Below are positions 10,804 through 22,475 of a stretch of 64,000 bases of DNA, in pieces. The first letter of the stretch is position 1; each line of letters begins with the position of its first letter. The notes below the pieces were generated by a model, which was given only the letters and a program-made list of their open reading frames with translations, was not told where the DNA came from and did not search any database. The translations under genes were made by a program, and so were the position numbers. Origin of the DNA: Bilabrum cf. latius (Eukaryota). The stretch lies in assembly GCA_965178125.1 (NCBI GenBank), contig OZ237755.1, positions 744,001 through 808,000 of the forward strand. The letters are read 5' to 3'.

Positions 10804-13800
10804 ATGCGGCGAAGCCGTGTTATTGTTATTGGAGGAGGAATTAGTGGCCTGACAGCAGCCCGCAATTTGCTACAAAAAGGAGTCAGCGTGTTGCTGCTGG
10901 AGGCTCACGCTGTTGTCGGAGGTCGCATACAAAGCTCTGAGTGCGCCATTTCGACAGGACGTACGCCCAAATCTGCCGAGTCGGAGGCAACACTTAGGAA
11001 TCCATGGACATGGCGTGATAAATTCGCTGTCGAGCAGTCAAGAGTGGTAGAGGGATCTGTTCTTGCCCGTGTAAAACCAGCAGCCCTTTGGATCCTCGAG
11101 TTAGGTGCGCAGTGGATTCATGACGCAACTGCTGGCAACCCAGTGTTTGAATTGGCCTAGTCGCACAAGATTCTCAAGAAAGTATCGCCCGCACGGCTTC
11201 CGCAAGTGCTTACACCGATGGGACGCACGCGGGAGGAGCCAAGAACGCGACCCTTCGTGGCAGTGTGCCGATCCCCGCGACCAAGAAAATCTGGAGAATC
11301 GCTTGATGCAAGCGCACGTATAGATTCAAGCGGGTTATACTATAGCAGATTGATCGATGATCGCACAGTGGATGCAGTGCGGTCGCAGTTCTGGCACATC
11401 CTGCACAGCCTCACTCCCCCTCTCCGGGGCACCGACGCGCACGGGACCAGGGCACACGATCTGAGGCCGATGGTACCAGCACTGACTGACATGAAAGTTG
11501 CAACACCGAGGGCGAAAAAGGCGGCTGCCAGTGCTGGCATCGCTTCCCCGCAGGCTGGTGCTTGCTCGAGTGCTGGCATGGGCACAGAACCTACTGGAGA
11601 GAAACCGAGCGATCCAGCCAAAACAGTCGCCCAGGCAGCACAGCGCCTCGCTAAGTAGCATGGTATCATCTCTGACTCACTTTCGCATCTCCTGGACAGC
11701 TCAAAGTGCTGTCAGGCGGCCGCAGCACCACGCACCCGAGACCGCAGCTCACTCGATGACAGGGATGCAATGGCAGTTCGGACTGCGTGTGAGGCATTCG
11801 AGGGGTCCATCGGAGGAGCCCCAACTCAGAATCATGCCAGCATAAGCGGATACAACGACTATAATGAGGGTAGCGGAAGAGACTCCAGGGTGTGGGCGGG
11901 CATGGGGCAGCTCGTTCGTGTCCTTGAAGCAGAGGTGCGGCGGCTCGCTGCGGGTTTGACGAGCGAGGCCTCCGGGATGGCGAGCGGGATTGTGACAAAT
12001 GCATGGGTGTCTGAGGTGCGATGGGCCGAGGGGAGCGACGGAGAGTCTGCGGACAGGTCTGCTGGTGCTGGTGCTGGTGCTGGTGCTGGTGCTGGTGCTG
12101 GTGCTGGTGCTGGTGCTGGTGCTGGTGCTGGTGCTGGTGCTGGTGCTGGTGCTGGTGCTGGTGCTGGTGCTGGTGCTGGTGCTGGTGCTGGTGCTGGTGC
12201 TGGTGCTGGTGCTGGTGCTGGTGCTGGTGCTGGTGCTGGTGCTGGTGCTGGTGCTGGTGCTGGTGCTGGTGCTGGTGCTGGTGCTGGTGCTGGTGCTGGT
12301 GCTGGTGCTGGTGCTGGTGCTGGTGCTGGTGCTGGTGCTGGTGCTGGTGCTGGTGCTGGTGCTGGTGCTGGTGCTGGTGCTGGTGCTGGTGCTGGTGCTG
12401 GTGCTGGTGCTGGTGCTGGTGCTGGTGCTGGTGCTGGTGCTGGTGCTGGTGCTGGTGCTGGTGCTGGTGCTGGTGCTGGTGCTGGTGCTGGTGCTGGTGC
12501 TGGTGCTGGTGCTGGTGCTGGTGCTGGTGCTGCTGCTGGTGCTGGTGCTGGTGCTGGTGCTGGTGCTGGTGCTGGTGCTGGTGCTGGTGCTGGTGAAGGC
12601 CTCGCTACAAACGCAAAAGCAAGAAGCTCAGTTGGCGAAAAAGGCACTGCAGCAAGTGCAGGTCCATGCTCCGTGACTCTCGCAGATGGACACGTGTACT
12701 CGTGCGACGCCATTGTGTGCACTGCTCCGCTTGGAGTGCTAAAGCGATGCGTGGCCGCTGAGCTGGCCATGCACGCTAGCAACGGGTGCGAGCCAGAGCA
12801 CGGCGCAGGTGTAGGTGCAGGTGCAGGTGCAGATACGGAAACGTGTATGGGTGCAAGCTCCACGGGAGGTACATGGCAAGACGTAGTCGGCAGCAGCACG
12901 AGCACGAGCATTGGCTTGGTCTCTGCAGCAGCCAAGGTTGCTTGCGAGTTTGGCTGTCCGGGCACGGACCCAACTCAACTGCTGCCCACTCGGCTGCTAC
13001 CGACCAGATCCCTCGCAGCAGCACCGACTGCTGCATCGGGTCGTGCTACTTTGTCTACTCCCGCCGCAGCGGAAACCGAGAAACGGGGCGATACCGCAAC
13101 AGCACCACCAGAAGCACCCAACGACACGATACGCTTCGTGCCTTCACTCCCGCGCTGGAAACAGCGCGCTATTTTGGCACGAGGGATCGGCAGGGTGGAG
13201 AAGCTCTTCATACGGTACGAGGTACCTTGGTGGAGGGAACAGTGTGCTGGGTGGTGGGTGGCGCAGCCTGGGCAGCGAACCAGCAGCGAAGGTCCGGAGT
13301 CACACGGGTCACCCCTTTCGGCACATGGGCTGCAGGGGTGGGCCGAAGCCGAGGCTGAGCTGGCAAGTGCGATGCTGTCCAGAGTTGGGAAGGCATCGTC
13401 CGGGGGATGGCCCACTTGGGCTGGCGGCGTCTTCTGTTTCTGGGAGGTGCCAAATGCTCCTGCTACGCTGATGTGCTGGCTGACCGGGCCTGCGGCTCAG
13501 CTGGCAGCTCTCGAGTGCAACGCCAATGCCGCTGCCGGCGAGCATGCTGCTGCCAGCCACTAGGCAACCGGTATTCCTGCGACGAGCGCGAAAGCTGCGA
13601 AGCCGCATGATACCAAGACTGGAGGTGCAGCCCTCACATTGAGCTGTTTTGGTGCTGCAGAAGGCACTGCGCCTGGTTTGGCAGGTCAACGTTTTCGCGA
13701 TTAGGTGGACACGGTGGTCCGAGCCTGCGCCCCGCCATGCTTGGCGAGCAAAGTACCGGCATGCACAGCGGCATCATGCACTGCGTGGTCGGCAGACGCG

Positions 13801-14100
13801 GCGTTCCGCGGTAGTTACTCCTTCCCGGCTGCTGGGGAAGCAGAGGTGGTAGCGAGCTGCGGATTTGATCCAGCCAAGCAGTCGTGCACCGATCTGATCG
13901 GCATGCCGCTCGGAGTATCTGAATCTGCTTAGGAGAACGAGAAGGAGGAGGGGGGGGGAATGAAGAGAGGTGCCAAAGGACCATTTAGGCTATTTTTTGC
14001 AGGTGAGGCCACGTCAAAGTCCCGCTATGGAACTATGGACGGCGCAATGCGCTCTGGAATGCGAGCGGCTGAGCAAGTGCTTCGCACGCTCAGCCGGTGA
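10804..14100 (+). CDS. Flavin-containing amine oxidase (polyamine oxidase-like) with a poly(Ala-Gly) insertion
   Basis: [26 protein letters not shown] motif, [70 protein letters not shown]. TAGs at 11158, 11656, 13561, 13702 and 13930; TGA at 14098. Confidence 0.9.
12061..12594 (+). repeat. (GCTGGT)x89 coding microsatellite
   Basis: 534 nt of near-perfect hexamer with one GCTGCT variant at 12529-12534, in frame within the amine oxidase. Confidence 0.98.
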
Positions 14101-14290
14101 CCGGGTCCGCACCACGGATGCCAATAGAAATGCGTGCAAGTGTTGCTGTATAGGTGTTGCTGTTGTGCTGCTTCGCTTTGCGTGTTGAATCAACTCATTC
14201 TCAACACCTAATCTATGCAACATCTCTGCTGAGGGACCATTGGTGGAGTATGCGCCCCCCTTAGCAACAGCGTAGTGAGGTAGCCGCCCG

Positions 14291-17200
14291 ATGCTGCGCC
14301 ACTCATCACATGCCGATATTTGTGGTGTCCGCGATTTGCCATTCCGTCGCCTCTATGCTCGAGCGCTCCGCACCATAACTTCAATGAATGATAAAGTGTC
14401 TCATGGATGGCCTTTGGGCACGATTCCAAAGATTTCTATCCAGGTTTTCCGCGTTTCCGCAGAGGACGCTTCGCATTGCTTGCAGCCAAATGATATTGGG
14501 ACAAAGGTACTGAACGTGTCTACGTCGTTCTCTGTAGAATAGCACACCGATTCATCTATTGAGAGACTCTTTCAGCGACTGGAACAGCCAATGCTAGCTG
14601 GGATACTCGCAAATTCGGCCAGATAGGATCGGCTACAGGAGCATGTCCAGCCTTTGCTGCGGCTGGGTCAAACCATTTTCTGTCGCCGAGTGCTATCAAA
14701 TAAGGCAAAGGAATTGCTACAAGATGCCTAGCCGCCGTGAGCACCACCGCACACGCATACTTGAAACGCCAACACTCATGTTTTCCACGTTCGTCGGCCG
14801 ATTTTTTATAACAGCCGTTTAACCATTCGCAGCAGCGCGTATAGTGCCTCAGCCCGAAGCACACTATCAAAGGGCTAGCTTGTTATCGCTTCGCGGGACA
14901 TCATCAGCTGGTCACGGATTGCCGCGGATGCGCTCGAAAGATCGTCTGCGTGGCTATAGCAACGTGGCTCCATCGAGGGCTGCACCGAGCTCTCCGCTGC
15001 TCGTTTCCGGCGTGGAAGCGCCTTGTTCTCAGCAATTGCCGCGATGGTCCGCGCAGAGTCGGTATCGATTGCCACGCTCATGCTCGCTCGTGCGATGGGC
15101 ACGTGCCAATCGGCTCGCTTGCGAGGAGACGCCTGGGGCCTCGGGGAGCGCGCTTCTGCCGCCCCGTTGTCCGCGCACGCCCCTTCAATGCATGGCCAAG
15201 GTAGCGATATTTCGGATAGTTTCCAGGCAGAAGAAGCGCATTCCGAGGTCACGCCTGTCCCGAGCGCACCGCCACCACAGCCACAGCCACAGCCACTGCA
15301 ATAGCTGTAGCAGCAGCCATCTTTGCTGCCATCGACTTCCGGCTCTTCACGCACGGCAACTAACAATAGTCACATATCTGCAACTCGTGAGTCACACCCC
15401 GCGCCCGCGAGTGCACCGGATGCTCAGATCATCGCGTGGGCTGCAGTGCGGCGGGCCGCTGCATACACGCTGGTGCTGGGTGAGCGTGCTACACCTGCGG
15501 TGGCGAGACCTCGTGTAGCTTCAATGCACCAATCATTCCATGCCGCCGAGAACGCGTCAGACAACGCGCTTCGCGCAGCTGGATCGATGCTTGCTGGCGC
15601 AACATACGGCATTCTAGCTGGCATTGAGAAGCAGCACGCCGACTCTCTGGGCATCTTCAGCCAAAGGTAGCATGATGGCCACGGCCGCGCCAAAAGCTAG
15701 GGGACCCTCGGTGCGGTGCCACCACCGCCACTGTCGGTAGAACACGCCATGAAGGACTCGCCTGGTCCCTCGGAACTCCACGAGCACAGAGAACCCTCTG
15801 GTGTAGACCACGGTGTGTCGGCTGCCGCGAGCCGTGGGGCCGGTGATGGCAGCAAGTCTGCAGGTGCGCGCGGCTAGGCAAGCGCTCTCACAGCCGTCAG
15901 CACTCCCACTTATAGTGGGACTATTAGTGCCTTTCAAGATCTAGCGCAGCTCCTGGAGCAGCCCCCGCCGCTGGGGGCTGAACCCCTGCTGGTGCGGACG
16001 GCCGACGGATCGAGCAAGGTGGTGTTTCACGCTGCGCCAGGAAGTGGTTCTGCCGGCCGATACGAGGAACCACCGATGCACCATCGAAAATCGTCTGACC
16101 CCGTGGCGACCAAGGAAGAGGGAGTGGACTGGTTCCGCAGCGGTGGGCCCTGGAGCACCGCCTCACATCTTCTGCAGACGGCCTCACAAGCCATGGATAC
16201 CGCCGCCAGGGTTGTGCGAAACTGCGCGGGTGTGTGCGTTGCACAGGCGCGAGATGGAACCTTCTCAAAGGGCCTACCGTCTGACGTAAAAGCAGCGGCC
16301 GCTGGGTCATAGCCGGAGCCAGGCGCACGCCAAACAGTAGCGGACACAGCTGATGCTCTTCGGACAGCAGGGGCGCTCGCTCGTTGCGTTGTTGAGTGCA
16401 GACGTAGAGCGTACGACCTCCAGGCAGGCTCGCTGTGGTGCAAAGCAGGATCATTGGTTGTCAAGGGATGTGCCTGGGCCCTGTGGTAGCAGCAGCATGA
16501 CGGCCACTCTGGCGTGTCAAGGAGCCGAGGACCGGACCGTCGATCGGCTCATACCGAGAGTCCCGGCATTGAAGGCATAAGGGCTGAAGCTGTGAAGTCA
16601 TTCGCGCGACTGGCCCCCTTGCTGCTACAGGAAAGAGCAGTTCTGCTTTAGGCAGCCGCGGTATCCTACGCCACAGCCGCCTGTGACATGCGCATGCACG
16701 GAGTATCCCATTAGAGGGAGATCGACGTGCTCAGCGGCCTGGATGCTGCGTGGCGTGAGAAGCAGAAACAGAGGCACGCTAGTGATGGCAAATCTCCGCA
16801 TGCTTTGCACTAGCTTGGAGCGGCTGATCCTGGTGCTCTCGCTGGATCAAGCCAAGAAGACGAATCAGCCGGGGGGCCGGGCACTCCAACAGCGGGTTTG
16901 GATCGCTCCGCAGACAGCTTGAAGGACTAGGAGATTCCTGCCAGTGCCCTGCCGTTCTCGAAAACACCTAAGAAACAGTTGCAGACAACCTCGTCGTAGC
17001 TAGTGCAGGCCGGCAAAGTGCCCGACCGTCGTCCACAACAAACTATGCCAGCTAGTCTGCAGCCCACCGTTGGTTTCTTTGACGTGATTCCAAGCACGGA
17101 TGCACAGGCAGACGCAGTATCGCGATAGAGTTGGTCAAAAGTTCTCGGTGAACTCTCCAGACGGGAGGGCCCCGCGCACATCGGAGTGATGGCAGTTCAC

Positions 17201-20200
17201 GAGCAGCTGGCCGACGACGTGCGGGCTGCAGCCCGCACCCTCTCGGCTAGCGCTGCCGGTGTGAGCATTGTAGCAGACGTGCCGATTCATCTGCTTCTTG
17301 ACCTGCTCGGTGTTCAGTTGCATGGCAGTGCTTCGGATTAGGCTGGTGGAAACACGTCTGCTGCTTAGCCCTCTGCAGTCCAGTACCTCAGGGCGTGCGC
17401 CGGCTTGGCGGCATGCTCGAGCATCGCGTGCTAGGTGGCATCCGATTGCGACGCGAGATTATCGCGCACGGAGCACCTTTTCGATGAGCCTGTAACGTCC
17501 ATGCTACTGCCAGTGTACGGTAGCTTGCTAGTGGCCGGTTTGTCGCTTGAGGTTGGCTTAGCATCAGCAGCTACCACAGATACAGACGGAGCAAAGTAGC
17601 TTGTTGCGCTGATGTCGAACGATGCAGCCGAACAGGACTGGCACGAGGCAACTGCACTGCTTGCATCATGGCTGCATATTGACGAGGAGCGGCTTCTCGC
17701 GAAACTTGCCGGTGGGTCTGGGACTGGCATTTAGACCTCATTTGCTGCAGATAGTGAACATGGAGGCCAGGACCCGCGCGTGCAAGAAGCTATGGTTCTC
17801 AAATACATGGCAACAGCCAACGGCACTCACGTTGCTGTGGATCACTAGACTGCCGATGGTCACGAGCTCGTACCAGCTGCTGCATAGAGTATGGAAAGCA
17901 GCTGGCTTTAGGCGGCTGGTGCAGAGCATGGCACTAGTCGGTTTGCCTCTGAAGCGGTACGATCTCTATCCATAGCCGCGCGCGATGTGTTGACGCTGGT
18001 TGAGGTAGTGATGCGTCATCAAACCAGTGATACGGCCGATGGTGACCCTTTGAGCCCTTACATTCAGGAAAAGGAGGGAGCCCCAACTGCACCTCCTCCG
18101 CCTGAAGAGTCGCGCGTGGATGGTCATGATGCGAGCCCAGAGCCATCAGCTCCGCCCGCTCCGTCCTCCTCTCAGGACCAATTCAGCGCCCCATCGGGTC
18201 CGATTGCTTCACCGTTCCGTGGTCCACCTGGACTGGACAGCGGTGGCTATGCAGCCATGGAAGGCTTTGCTGGCCTGGCTAGCCTGCAGTATCCCAGCCT
18301 GCATGGCAGTGGCTAGGATCCTCAGTTTGCCGTGGCTCCACCCCAAAGTGGGACGGCGAGCACAGTCCCTGTGCATGCTGCAGTGTCTACCACAGGCAAC
18401 GCACCTGCCTAGAGCGGGGCAGGCGCGTCAGGTCTGGGATCGTATTCTGGTGGCTATGATCGCCAGCACCACGGTGTCGAATCAGCTGCAGCTAGTTCCT
18501 ATTCGCACCAGGACCCGGTGCCTGGCTACTGGCCGCCTCCAATGAGCCAGCTTCAGGGCACTGAAGACGATCACCACCCCAAGTATTTGCACGAAGCAAG
18601 GCAGCAGGCGCCCACCTTCGTGACTGGAAGTGGCAATAGCTCTGCTGGCGTGAGCCATGGCGGTCAACCAAGTGACTAGAGGCATGCTGGCGATGTGCAA
18701 GGCCAGCCCATAGCCTCTCAGGGCACATTTTTGCCTCTAGTATCTTGCCCTGTCGTTACGGAGGAGCCTGGCGGTGTGACGAGCGAGTCCATCTCGATCA
18801 AGTGGAGTGTTGCAGAGCACCCAATCCAGGCACTGGGGCTGGACGAGCCCTGCCTGTTTCAGGTGCAGTGGAGACGAGCGATAGAGCCGCTTCTGGCTGA
18901 TGTCGAGAGCATCCCAGGCGGCGGCAGCTCTCAGGGTGCATCTCGTGATGGAGCTACTTCCGCCGCGCACATGTGGGTGTTTCTCTCGGAGCTGTCGACG
19001 GAGTGCCGTGCGACCAAGACGCTGCTAACACCAGGCTGCTCCTATCAGTTCAGGGTGAGATCCGCCAAGCTTCGAAATCACCAGTAGAGCTAGCAGCAGA
19101 AACCAGGCAATGGGACAGTGGCGCCCTTCGCCTATGGTCCGTGGTCAGAGCCATCAGCGCCCATCAGCACGCGCCCAGGGCCGCCCCCCAAGCCTCTCCG
19201 CACCCGGCTGATCGTAAGAACAGACAGCTCCAACGGTGGCAAATTGCGCGAAGCTGTGCTGACCTGGATGCTGCCTGCACTTGACCACGGCAGTAGCATC
19301 CTGCGTGCACAAGTGGAGGTGCTGATCGCCACGCCCGAGTGGATGAAAGTGCCTAGGGCGAGCAGCAGTGGCACATCCCGCACTTCTAAACCTGGCGGAA
19401 CTGGACTAGTCCTTGGAAGCGGGAAATGGATGGCGGGTGAGTGGGTGGCGGTGGGGAGCGACGGCCTCCCCGCATCGCCTGGTGCCGGCCCAGCCTCGTC
19501 ATCGCGCCTCGACCAAGGTCCGGGGGATGGATCGGAGCCCAGGGACCTGTCCTTCGGCTTGGAGCACGCGCTCATCACACCCGCTCCGTCCACACGAGTG
19601 CAGCCGTTGTCCCATGCTAATGATACTGCCGTTTCACCAAGAGAGGTTGCAGCCGCTGCGTCGCAGGCTCACTTTTTGTATGACACGACCCCGGGCACAC
19701 AAGCCCCAGCCGCCACAAGCCCAGCGTCCCTACATCCCGGCTCCCCAATGCCGAACCCTGGAGACCTGAGCGTGTCTCGGCACGCGTCAGATACCAGCAT
19801 CACCCCAGGGCTGTGCCGGCTGGCTCTTCGTGGACTACCACGGGACACCATCGAGCTGACTGCCAGAGTGTCGCTGGTCAGCGCGCTTGGCGTGGGCTCC
19901 CAGGCAACGACTGCGTGGCACAAGCTCGATGACGGCGGGCTCTCGCTTATCGAGATGCTCCGGAGGAGGGGCAGGCTTTAGAGACACGAAGGGGGTGTCC
20001 GGACGCCGCACCACCATCGGCGGCTCGCAGCCTCCGGGCAACCCAAGTCTGCCTACCCATTGCCCCGCTTCATCCGAACGCCGCGAAGCGTAGGGGGCGC
20101 CAGGGTCAGAAATGGGAGCTCTTTTGGACGTTCTTATCGTTCTGATCGATCGGTTGGCAGCAGTGGCAGGTCGGGAGGTGCGCGCATCGCTTCAAGCGCA

Positions 20201-22018
20201 GCTCGCGCACACCGTGCCATCACGCTGGGCCATCTCACGGCTGATTCCGACGACCACAGCGCGCGCTGCGCCTCTGATGATGTCCTGGGTCACGGCTCGG
20301 AAGGCGGGCGCGAGAGCGACGGCGACGACCACCACGGTGATCGGACTCGAAGCGGCGACATCGACGGCTCCGGGGAGTCACCATGGCGTGGCGGGCCGGG
20401 AAGCGGTGGAACGAGGGCGCACGCAGGCTCCATCCCGCCCCCTCGGCAAGCCGCGAGGTCATTGATGCTGCGTGCAGAGGAACCAAACCGCCGTTCGTCG
20501 TTGATGTCGCCCGGCATGCGATCCGGACGGGGCAAGCACAAGCCGGTAGTGGACATGGGCGCGCTCGTGCACGAGCTGTACGGTCTCAGGAGGAGCAGCA
20601 CGCTGGCACACCGACACCGCGGTACCGGTACCAGCCCCGGCAAAGCGCGCAGCTCTGACCATCATTCTGGGTCCGATTCCGAGCCAGACGACCGGCTTGC
20701 AACCCAGGTTGAGCTGGCAGGGCTGGTGGCGGACCTGGAGTGCAGGCCAAACGAGGTGAGGTACGATTCACCCAAGGTGCTCATTGGCCAGGGCGGCTTC
20801 GGTCGAGTGTGGCGCTCCAAGGAGGGTGGGTACAGAGGCAAGACAGTGGCCGTGAAAGAGCTGTACATTCGCGATAGCCAGCAAGAAGTAGCAGAGCAAG
20901 TCGACGCCATGCAGCTGGAAATTGCCACGGTGCTGCCACTCAGGCACCCGGGTCTGACACGAGTCCTCGGGTACTGCCTTCGCCCGCCAGACTGCTTCTT
21001 TGTCATGGAACTGGCAGAAGCGGGTTCTCTGTACGACGCAGTGCTGGGATAGAAGCAGCCTGCTGCTCGGTGGTCCCTTTGCACCAGGCTGCAGGTACTG
21101 AGGCAAGTCGCAGACGCGATGCGTTACCTTCACGCAAACCGCGTGGTGCACCGCGATCTCAAGCCTCAGAACATCTTGCTCCATTTGAAGAAGCCATCGA
21201 AGTGTAGCGAGGACGCATCGTTGGCTGTACCAAACGTGCTCGACGCAACTGCGGTTGGCGCAGTGTCTACCGAGCCTAGCGGTGTGTCTAGTGCTGCTGC
21301 AGGGCGCCTGCCCATGAAGTCACCGAGAGACACGCACGACACACATGTGACGGCCAAACCGGACCATCTGGCATGCTCAGCACCCCAAGTTTAGGCAAAG
21401 GTTTGCGATTTTGGCCTGGCCCTGGTGCGGCATTCGAGCCAGATCCGGACCCAGTTCGGCGGCACCAGCCAGTACAGCGCCCCCGAGGCATTCGTGTCTA
21501 GCAGTTTTGCCGTGACGGATCGGGTTGATGTCTTCTCCTTTGCCATCTTGGCCTACGAGCTACTCAAGGGTGAGCCTGCCTGGGGCCACGACACGAACTT
21601 TCAGATGATTTTCCTCGACGTTGCGACCAAGCGGCGCCGGCCACTGCTGTTCTCAGCCTGCGATCGGGCGCCCTGCGTCTGCAGCGAGGAGGAGCTCGGT
21701 ACAGGGGAAGCTGCGGAGGGGCGCGCAGCTGGGGCAGAGGCAGACATAGAAGGTATGACCCCATTGGCCGAGGTGGCGGATACTGGTGCGAGAACGGCAC
21801 TGAGAAGTGGAAGTGCGCCTGAACTAGACAGCAGCAGCGATTTGCCACAGGAAGAGCGGCAGGGCCTAGCACGGGAGCGCATTGACCTTCGCATAGGCAG
21901 GCTGCTAATGGCGTCGTGGCGACACAACCCGAGCGCCCGCCCGAGCTTTGAGGAGATCGTTGACGATCTGGACGAGTGCATCGGGCTGTGCGTGGAGTAC
22001 GCTGGGGCACCGAAGTGA
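14291..22018 (+). CDS. Large (~2,550 aa) protein with FN3-like region and C-terminal TKL-type protein kinase; one predicted intron 14737-14814
   Basis: One frame from ATG 14291 (after TGA 14276) to TGA 22016, with about 34 TAGs and no TAA/TGA outside a GTGAGC..TAACAG intron. Kinase motifs IGQGGFGRVW, VAVK, HRDLKPQNILL, *AKVCDFGLA, GTSQYSAPE, DVFSFAIL, RPSF. FN3-like SISIKW..LTPGCSYQFRVRS..GPWSEPS. The exact start is uncertain. Confidence 0.8.
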
Positions 22019-22098
22019 TTTGCTGCAGTGCGGTGCGTTTACAACCGGTAGACTGGACTCTGTGCAGTTGGCCCTCAAACTGTGTCTGATTCGAAATT

Positions 22099-22420
22099 CG
22101 AATCCCACACACAGCATACCACTCGCTGCTCAAATCCCACACACAGCATGCTACTCGCTGCTCAAATCCCACACACAGCATGCTACTCGCTGCTCAAATC
22201 CCACACACAGCATGCTACTCGCTGCTCAAATCCCACACACAGCATGCTACTCGCTGCTCAAATCCCACACACAGCATGCTACTCGCTGCTCAAATCCCAC
22301 ACACAGCATGCTACTCGCTGCTCAAATCCCACACACAGCATGCTACTCGCTGCTCAAATCCCACACACAGCATACCACTCGCTGCTCAAATCCCACACAC
22401 AGCATACCACTCGCTGCTCA
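22099..22420. repeat. 32-bp minisatellite, 10 copies (CAAATCCCACACACAGCATGCTACTCGCTGCT)
   Basis: Head-to-tail units at 22099, 22131 ... 22387 with no spacers. Copies 1, 9 and 10 carry ATACCACT instead of ATGCTACT. Confidence 0.95.
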
Positions 22421-22475
22421 TAAGTGCTTGGATTCTGATCAGATCCTGATCTTGATCCCTGTTAGATCTAGAATC

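Noticed and set aside
11859-12965. Poly(LV), poly(CW) and poly(AP) ORFs over the hexamer repeat
   Set aside because: These are alternative frames of a stop-free microsatellite. Only the Ala-Gly frame is continuous with the oxidase.
22099-22420. CRISPR array
   Set aside because: The 32-bp units are contiguous with no unique spacers, there are no cas genes, and the context is eukaryotic.
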